Assembly: GCF_000017845.1 (NCBI RefSeq)
Contig: NC_010546.1
Location: 690,001 to 722,000 of the forward strand
From: Crocosphaera subtropica ATCC 51142
GTDB lineage: Bacteria > Cyanobacteriota > Cyanobacteriia > Cyanobacteriales > Microcystaceae
DNA: 32,000 bases
Direction of reading: 5' to 3'
Shown piece by piece: positions 9,605-18,200 of this stretch. Below the pieces are notes generated by a model. That model searched no databases, had not been told where the DNA came from, and saw nothing but the letters and a program-made list of their open reading frames with translations. Positions within the stretch are counted from its first letter, which is position 1, and the number at the start of each line of letters is the position of its first letter. The translations under genes and the position numbers were made by a program.

Positions 9605-10081
9605 ATGACTTTAGAAAAACGAATTGCTAATATTTTCCGAATGAGTGATGAAGTCTGGAAACATCATACTAATCCTTGGAGTGTCTGGACAAGACTAACA
9701 GTTTTACCTTTAATTATTTTAGGATTTTGGAGTCGAAGCTGGTTCGGTTGGTGGTCAATTTTAATTATTGTTATTGCCTTGATTTGGAACTGGATCAATC
9801 CCCGTGTTTTCCCTATTCCTAAACATACTAATAATTGGGCTTCTAAAGCAGTGTTAGGGGAAAAAATATGGTTAGATCGGGATAAAATAAATATTCCTAA
9901 ACATCATCAATTAGCCCCTTCTATTTTAAGCGTTATGGCTGCGTTAGGAATAATTTTAGTGGTTTTTGGACTGGTTCAATTTTCCCTTTATCCTATCCTA
10001 ATGGGTGCAATTTTAGTTTATACTGGAAAGCTCTGGTTTTTGGATCGAATGGTCTGGTTATATCAAGATTTCAAAAAATAA
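9605..10081 (+). CDS. Small integral membrane protein of unknown function
   Basis: About four hydrophobic helices are present (LTVLPLIILGFW, WWSILIIVIALIWNWI, LAPSILSVMAALGIILVVFGLV and ILMGAILVYTG). The stop lies 6 nt before the next ATG, suggesting translational coupling. The start could be ATG 9605 or GTG 9596. Confidence 0.6.
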   Translation: MTLEKRIANIFRMSDEVWKHHTNPWSVWTRLTVLPLIILGFWSRSWFGWWSILIIVIALIWNWINPRVFPIPKHTNNWASKAVLGEKIWLDRDKINIPKHHQLAPSILSVMAALGIILVVFGLVQFSLYPILMGAILVYTGKLWFLDRMVWLYQDFKK

Positions 10082-10087
10082 CATTTA

Positions 10088-11275
10088 ATGAATATCATGA
10101 ACAATCAATTGACTTATAAAACATTAGAAGATTCTCACGAAGTGAAACGATTAGGTGAAATTCTTGGTCAATGCTTCACAGGGTTTCAAGAAGAGAAATG
10201 GGAAACCTATCAAAATATTATTGGTCTAGATAATTTTAGAATTCTCTGTCAAGATAAACAGATTATTGGAGGATTAGGGATTTATTTTATGGGTCAATAT
10301 TTTGGAGGAAAATCTATTCCCACAGGAGGAATTGCTGCGGTAGGAATTGCCCCAGAATATCGAGGTCAAAAAGCAGCAACTATTTTAATGAGTGAACTCC
10401 TCAAAGAGTTGTATCAGAAAAATATTACCCTTTCTACCCTTTATCCTGCGACTCAAATACTTTATCGTGGTGTTGGTTACGATCAAGCGGGAGTCCATTG
10501 TCAATGGAAAATTCCTTTGCTTAATCTGACTGTGAATGATCGTATTTTGTCTGTTGAAAAAATTGAAAATCCTACACCAGATGATTTTAAGGAATTGTAT
10601 CAAAAAAAAGCCCAACAACAGAATGGTAATTTAGATCGATGTTGGGGAATTTGGCAGATGATTTTAGACTCTCAAGATGGAGAGATTTATGCTTATTGGA
10701 TCGGGGAAAAAGATAATCGACAAGGTTATCTTATTTACCAACAAGTCATTATTGATGGTAACGTTTGTTTAAAAATTAAGGATTGGGTTGCTTTAAATGC
10801 TTCGGCTATTCAACGTTTATGGACTTTGATTGCTGATCATCGTTCTCAAGTGAGTCAATGTCAATGGAAGGGATCATTTTATGATCAAAAAATGCTATTG
10901 TTACCGGAACAAATTGGAGGAATTGTCAGCCATGATATTTGGTTTATGAGAATTATTAATGTCATCAAAGCCTTAGAAATGCGTCCTTATCCAAGTCACA
11001 TAGAAACAGAATTAGATTTCGCCATTGATGATCCTTTATTATCTGATAATTGTTCTAATTTTAGGCTACAAGTATCAGGGGGAAAAGGAACCGCAAAACA
11101 AGGAGGAAACAGTAATATTTCTATGAATATTAGAGGCTTGGCTTCCTTATATACGGGCTTTTTAACAGCTAAACAATTAAACCTTTGTGGCAAACTAGAA
11201 GCCAGTAATCTTTCTTTAGAAATCATCGATCAACTTTTTGCTTTACCGACTCCAAGTTTACCTGATTTCTTTTAA
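10088..11275 (+). CDS. Eis-like GNAT acetyltransferase (GNAT domains plus a C-terminal SCP2-like domain)
   Basis: The 395-aa length and the motif GGIAAVGIAPEYRGQKAATILMSELLKE are typical of the Eis / 'enhanced intracellular survival' GNAT family. The C-terminal ~100 aa (..FRLQVSGGKGTAKQGG...IRGLASLYTGFLTAKQL) resemble the sterol-carrier-like tail. Confidence 0.7.
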   Translation: MNIMNNQLTYKTLEDSHEVKRLGEILGQCFTGFQEEKWETYQNIIGLDNFRILCQDKQIIGGLGIYFMGQYFGGKSIPTGGIAAVGIAPEYRGQKAATILMSELLKELYQKNITLSTLYPATQILYRGVGYDQAGVHCQWKIPLLNLTVNDRILSVEKIENPTPDDFKELYQKKAQQQNGNLDRCWGIWQMILDSQDGEIYAYWIGEKDNRQGYLIYQQVIIDGNVCLKIKDWVALNASAIQRLWTLIADHRSQVSQCQWKGSFYDQKMLLLPEQIGGIVSHDIWFMRIINVIKALEMRPYPSHIETELDFAIDDPLLSDNCSNFRLQVSGGKGTAKQGGNSNISMNIRGLASLYTGFLTAKQLNLCGKLEASNLSLEIIDQLFALPTPSLPDFF

Positions 11276-11352
11276 TAGCTATCTTGTTATTTTCATCAGC
11301 AATAGTTCCTGTAGCTGAAAATCTTAATATTCCTAATTGAAACCTGCTAAAA

Positions 11353-11988
11353 ATGACCCTTAATCCGAATCCCAACAGCGTTTATCCTCTCAACAATTAT
11401 CACCGTCTTTGTTTTCTTAAAAATATTATTCAGAACCCCAATATCCTAGTGGGAGACTTCACCTATTATGATGATTTAGAAAATCCCTATAATTTTGAGA
11501 AAAATGTGTTGTATCATTTTGATTTTATTGGGGATAAATTAATCATTGGAAAATTTTGTGCGATCGCTAGTGATGTTAAATTTATTATGAATGGTAGCAA
11601 TCATCCTCTGAATTATTTTACGACCTATCCTTTTAGTATTTTTGGTCATAGTTGGGAAAATACCATGTCCGTAGAAGGTACATTTAAAGGAGATACGATT
11701 ATCGGTAATGATGTTTGGTTAGGTTATAATTCCCTAATTATGCCTGGAATTAAAATCGGTGATGGGTCAATTGTTGCCGCTAATTCAGTGGTAACAAAAG
11801 ATGTTGAACCCTATACAATTGTTGGTGGAAATCCAGCGAAAGTGATTAGAAAACGTTTTTCAAATGAGGTCATTGATTTACTTTTAGAATTGCAATGGTG
11901 GAATTGGTCAATTGAGAAAATTACTGAAAATATACCGATTTTATGCAGTGATGATATTAATCGGTTGAAAGGATTAATGAATGCTTGA
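11353..11988 (+). CDS. Vat-family xenobiotic (streptogramin A-type) O-acetyltransferase, hexapeptide-repeat fold
   Basis: The product appears collinear with my memory of VatD. Shared blocks are ..VG.FTYYDD....F...VLYHF.....DKL.IGKFC.I...V.FIMNG.NH......TYPF, GDTIIGNDVW.G....IMPG.KIGDG.IVAANSVV.KDV.PY...GGNPA and ...WWNW. Confidence 0.85.
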   Translation: MTLNPNPNSVYPLNNYHRLCFLKNIIQNPNILVGDFTYYDDLENPYNFEKNVLYHFDFIGDKLIIGKFCAIASDVKFIMNGSNHPLNYFTTYPFSIFGHSWENTMSVEGTFKGDTIIGNDVWLGYNSLIMPGIKIGDGSIVAANSVVTKDVEPYTIVGGNPAKVIRKRFSNEVIDLLLELQWWNWSIEKITENIPILCSDDINRLKGLMNA

Positions 11989-12227
11989 TAGAGATATCGC
12001 TTTCCTCAAATTAGAAAAGTTTTTACCTTACAAGTAAAAGAACTGCTAAAAGTTGTTCTTAACTTTTCCTCTTTCAACAACTTAACTTTTGTGCATCTCA
12101 AAGCTAATTTACATAAGTTTTCTCCCTGTTATCTTTTTTAAAATCCTGATTAGATAGAACTATCAACCGAAATAGATACAGTTATCCCAAGGGAAAAAAT
12201 TGATTTATTTCTATTATCAAGGAGAAT

Positions 12228-15200
12228 GTGAAACTTATGTTCTTAGCAAAAACTGACCTAAAACACATCAATACCATTACTCATGAAGGCAAGGTTGTTG
12301 TTTTCGTAACCGATAGCCAAGGGAAAATTTATTACACCATTAAACAAGATGGTTATGAAGAAAGTTATGGTAATACTGATGTAACTGGATGGGAAAATTG
12401 GGATCTTTTACCCTTTCCTGATGAAGATTCAGACCCTTCTGTGATGGAAAAAGAAGCAGCAGAATTGACCGATCAAGATAATCATTATTTATTGCGATCG
12501 CTTTATCAAACCCAGTCTTTAACAGCCTTTGCCCCTGTACAATGTGTTTCAGGATTGGGTCATCTCTACGTTTTCCGTCAGTCGGTGGATCATACCTTAT
12601 TGGTAGACCGTTTTGTTCTCGATGGCTTAACCCATAAGTTAGTGCGTAAATTAGAGGTTCGCTTTAAGCGCAGTAAACAGAAGCACAAACCGTTACAAAA
12701 TACGAATAATTCCTCGACAAATTCTCTGGGATTGGTAGATTCCTTGGATTTTCGTGATACAGAAGGCAATGCTTTTTATGAACCCACCACCGAAATTCCC
12801 TTAATCAATCAATTGCATCAGGGTTGGTTTTCCGTTGTCCTGTTACCCACCAATGAACACGACAAATACCGTTGGCATATTTGGGCCTACAATCAGCAAA
12901 CAAAACAGATCGATATCTTATCCATTCGGGCTTCTTCGGAAGGGTTATTTAACATTAAAGACGAAACGGTTTTAGAACCGAAACCAGGAGAACCCGAAAC
13001 CCTAATGCCTCGGTTTATTCCTGGGATCATTCAACGGTCTATTCACCTACAAAACCTAACCATTACCCAAGGGTTAAGTGCCACAAAATACGATACCCAG
13101 GTGGAACGAACCATCGAAGGCGGAACCCAACTTCTCAAAGAATCAACCAAGGTTTTATTAGCCGTTGTCACCGATCAAGGAACCGCAACCCTTAGCTTTG
13201 GAGTAGCAGGGGATGGAACCTTAGCAGAATTAGATGAAAACCCTGTTTTTAACCTATTACGCAACGATGCACAGGAAATTTTACTTCCCTTAGACACCTT
13301 GGATGAAATTAAGGCGATTGGGGATAGTACCCCACCCCCCCAAGGAACCATTACAGGCATGGCCCGAACTTCAGATGATTTGGTACAAATTACCTCAAAA
13401 CAAGCTAAAAAGCTCCAATATGGGGATGTTATCAAAATTGAAGGAACCAAGCACTACAATGGTCACTATATTGCCCAAAAAGTCGATGATCAGACCTTTG
13501 AAATTGTAGCGAATTGGGTTGATACCGAAGTGGGACAATGGGAAGTGATCCCCGAAGAAGAGACAGGGTTAATCTTTGATGGGATTATTACCGCCTACGA
13601 ATTAACTGAAGATGGCAAAATACGAGTTATCAGTCCTAATCATGGCTTAGAAAGTGGGGATGAAGTTCAAATTATCAATACCCAAGCCTATAATGACCTC
13701 TATGCTGTCACAGAGATTGATGGCGATCGCTTTACCGTTGGTATCCCTTGGCAACCAGGAGAAGCAGTTAACCTCAAACTAGCCTCTCGTAAACGTCGGG
13801 GAGTGTCGTTTGATGGCAAACAGGACTATATTGCCATTCCTTCGGTTCCCCTCAAACCCCCCTCTGCTGATTATTCCTTTGCTCAAACTTACACCGCTTG
13901 GGTCTATATTTCTGAACAAAAATCAGAGAAACAAGTTTTAATCGCTCAAAAAGAGGGATTAACTGAGTTATTTATCCAAGAAAATCAACTTAGTTTCAAA
14001 ATAGCTCATGCTAATACTTTAGAAACCCTTACGTCTCCTGAAACACTTCCTGTCGGTCAATGGGTGCATTGTGCAGGAATTTTCGCCTATGATTATGAGA
14101 GCCAAACCACCACCTTAACCCTCTGTCAAGATGGCAAAGAAATGGCCACTCAAACGTTTAAAGGGGTTCCCTTGGTCGCAAAAGATTGGAAACCTGAATT
14201 TTGTTTAGCCGGATTCAAAAATCAAGACTTTTTTGCTGGAAAATTAGCAAATGTCCGCATTTGGAACACTGCTAAAACTCCGCAAGAAATCAAAGATACC
14301 ATGTATCTGCAACTAACAGGGCGAGAAGTTCATTTAAGTGGTTATTGGCGTTTGGGGGCGATTTCTGAAGGAAAAGAGCGTAAAGTTGTGGATTTTTCGG
14401 TTCATGGTAACGATGGAACCGTTTATGGTGATGCGTTTGTTAGTTCCATTACCCTAAATCGTACGTTAGGCGATCGCCAAACTAAAGCGATTAAATATCG
14501 TAATGACGAACTGTTTGCTGTAACACAACGAGCAACCTATGAAGAATCCTTTGAGTTTAAACTAAACACTGAAGATAATCCCAACGATATTGAGGGGAAA
14601 CCTGCCTTTCGTTTCAATTATTGGGGCAAAACCAGCCGTAATGCTCAAAGTACAGTTGAAATTGCGGGAGAAACAGCAGAATTTGAGTCCCTCAGAGACG
14701 GATGGTACAAAGCAACGGGACGGTTAACGGTTCCTGATGCCGTCAAGTTCCTGCGTAGCTTTGAAATTGCCGAAATTCAGGGAAACTGGACAGTTTTAGA
14801 AGTTCGCAAACATCGCATTCGCTTAGTCTCCGATAGCATTACCCAAGCTATCTACAAAGATGAAATTGCCTTAGAACCCCTGGGGAATAATCATGATGAA
14901 CTCAAAGCAACCTTAAAACAGCTTGACCCCTTAGAAAAGCAAGAAGCCCTCTTATTAAAGGAAAAAAGCCGAATTGAGGCAGAATTAGCCCTCGTTAATG
15001 ATCCTAATCTTCCTCGCAATATTCAAACTCAAGCAGGGTTAATTCGTTCCTTAAAAGACCAAATTACCCGCTATCAAGGGGATGTCAATCGTTATTTACA
15101 GGAGTATCAAACCCAAGTCAATGATCCCTGGAATTATTGGCATCGTTTAACCACTCGCAGTCGGGAAGGAAAGAATGAAGCAGCGCGTATCTACACCCAA

Positions 15201-18200
15201 GACAAGAACTTCATTCAAGGGTTGGCCTGGGGAAATCACGGCAACCAAAAATTCAAGTTTGAACGGGTTGATGGTACTTATTTCACCATTATTTGCCAAT
15301 ATGAAAACCGTATCTTAGATATGCAGACATTTGGGAAGCATGACATCTACGGTAGCACCAACCATCATAAAGGAGCGAATCAACAATGGCGTTTAGAACG
15401 TCGGGGCAACTATTACCTGATTTATTCTCGCTATGAAAATCGGGTCATGGACTTACGCAACCGTTCCCACAGTATCTATGGCCATGACGATCCTCATGGT
15501 AAGGACAATCAACAGTTTAAACTAACGAACTTATGGGAACACGCCAACAACAAGATTCGCAACGCACAACGAGTCTTAAACAGCGCACAGCAAAACCTAC
15601 AATACTCTCGCCGACGTTTAAAAGACGCTGAAGCAGAATTAGCCCGATTAGAAGCGATTTATGCCGATAAAGCGAAGCGAAAAGCTGAATTAGACGCTCA
15701 ACTGAAAGCGGTCATTGCCCAACTGCAAACCGTCCAGGCAGAATTAAACCGACTCAATACTGCCTTTATTCAAGGGGTTAAGGAAACTAACCAAACCCCC
15801 CAAACCATGGCCGTCATTGGTTCAAATTCCCAAAAATTAGCGGTAACAGGGGCATTATTAACCTTTGTCCGTCCTGCCAGTCGTCTTGCTTGCTTAGAAA
15901 CCAGTGAAGGCAATGTCGAGTTAATTTACTTTGATACTGAAGGCAAGATGCGTCAAACTCGTTTTGATGTGACAGCTGATAGTGCCAATATTGCCTTTGA
16001 GCAGTGGATTCCTGATGCGTTACGAACCTGTATTGCCCTCGAGCAATCCGATAGCGTGATTCTGCTGAAAGATACCGAGGATTTGCGACGAAATGCGCCG
16101 ATTCCCTTGACCCGAGATTGGACAGTCGAAACCTGGTTTTTCACTCCCCTCCCCCATCCCTTTGCCTACAATACTCTAGTTCGTGCCGAAAACGCCCCTG
16201 AACACCCCGTTTTGGTCAAAAATGAAGGAACTCAACGACTACTAGGCACCTACGTCAAGGGTCAATTTTATCCTAGTGGGTTCGATATGGAACAATTACC
16301 GTCAGGTTGGCACCATTTAGCAGTGGTGGGACAGGGAGAAGGCGATCAAGCGAGTACCACCTTTTATATCGACGGCAAAGAAGTCGGTAAAGTCGAAAAA
16401 GCCAAAACGAGCAGCGATATCTATGCGATCGGCAACTATCAAGGGGGTAAACAACCCTTTGGGAAACTTGCAGAAGTCCGTATTTGGCAACTTGCACTCA
16501 AACCCGAAGAAGTCGAAATTCATAGTAAAATTCTGCTCAGTGGCAATGAACCAGGGCTACTTGCTTATTTTCCTTGTAATGACGGGATTGATACCGAAAT
16601 ACGGGATTATTTCGGTCATAGCCGTTGTGGTAAAGTGCAAAAAGGTAATGTTTGGGGATGCAGCGCACCCATCGGCAACCCTGGTCATCGGGTGATGCAG
16701 TTTAACGGGGTCAATACCTACATCGAGATTAGCCATCACGAACGATTTAATCTCAGCAATAACTTTACCCTAGAAGCTTGGTTTAAACCCCGAAAATTAA
16801 CCGGCATTCAACGCATTTTCTCCAAAGCAGATGCCTATGGCTTTGGATTACTGGGCAATCAACTGCGCTTTACCACCTACGGACGCAAAGATTACGATAC
16901 CAAAAATGCGAAGCTAGTTGTTGATCATTGGCATCATTTAGCTGTTGTTTTGGATAACAAAAATACTGCTCATTTCTACGTTAACGGGGAACTCATCGAT
17001 TCCATTGCGGGAACCGTGGCTGCCAAGACCAGCACCAATAATTGCGAAATTGGTCGAGATAATCGCTATACCAATGAATTTTGCGACGGTTGTATTGCAG
17101 ATGTCCGGTTATGGAAAACGGCTCGTTCCCAAGCCGAAATTCAAAGCACCAGCCAGTTTCGGTTAACCGGTCACGAAAGTAATTTAGTGGCTTATTGGCC
17201 TCTCAATCAACTGGATATGATGCAAGATCCGCCTACCGTTGCTGATTTAACCGATAATCCATCAGGGATTGTACGGGATGCTGTGATTGTGGATGATAAC
17301 GCCCTTCCTTTGCTCAATTCCGCCCTAATTAGTTCAGAATACAGCACCATTGGCATCGATCCCAATACTAATAGTAAAATGGCGATAATGCGCCGTTTCT
17401 TTGCCCTTCCCGTTCTTAATGGCATCCAGTTATTGAGCGACAAGCGAGTGGAAGCCTTAGAATTACGCTGGATCGGGAATGCTCAATTTGCCCCCACCTT
17501 ACTCGGTTATATTGAGGGTGCGCCCCCTGTTCCCACTGAAAACTTAACCGTTGATAACGACTATAATGGCGCAACCGCTGTGGAATTAACCCAGTCCCAA
17601 GACGTGGAATACAGTTGGACACGATCACAAGAATCTGGGTTAGGGGCAAACCTGGAAATCTTTGCTGGCATCGATGAAGATGTACGAGGCGGCCCGTTAG
17701 TGATTACCAAACGAATTGCAGCTACACGGGCAGGATTTAAAGGTAATCTCGACTTTAGCTACAATTTCCTCAACGAAAGCAATATTACCGCCAGTTCTAG
17801 CAATCAATTTAGCGATCGCCTCGAATTACGAGGAACCCAAGAACAAGATCCCAAGTTTCCCCATCTCGGTAAACGGTTTATCCCCAAAAATGTCGGGTAT
17901 GCCTTGGTTGTCTCTGGATTAGCCGATGTTTTCGTCACACGGCTACGCCGTTCGGGACGTATGGTAGGCTATCAAGTGCTTCCTGTCGATGGCATTCCCC
18001 CCGATGTCAATACCATCACCTTCTTGATTAATCCTGCCTACACCATAAATGGTAGCTTAGACGGACAAACCGGAACCGAAGCCACCAGTGAGCGTTTCTT
18101 TAAGCACGTTCCTGAAATGCGATCGCAATATGGCTCTCTCTATCCTGCTAGTTATTATCGCTTAAAAGAAGCCTACGACCTTAAGCAGCAAATAGACAAT

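Noticed and set aside
12058-12090. A 10-bp direct repeat CTTAACTTTT (12058-12067 and 12081-12090), 23 bp apart and about 140-170 bp upstream of the giant ORF. The spacing is the same as in the 14-bp repeat at 6854-6890.
   Set aside because: In AT-rich DNA, a 10-mer of this composition repeating within a 240-bp spacer is not clearly beyond chance; my rough estimate is about 0.1-0.2. It is worth remembering only if TSS mapping places a promoter there.
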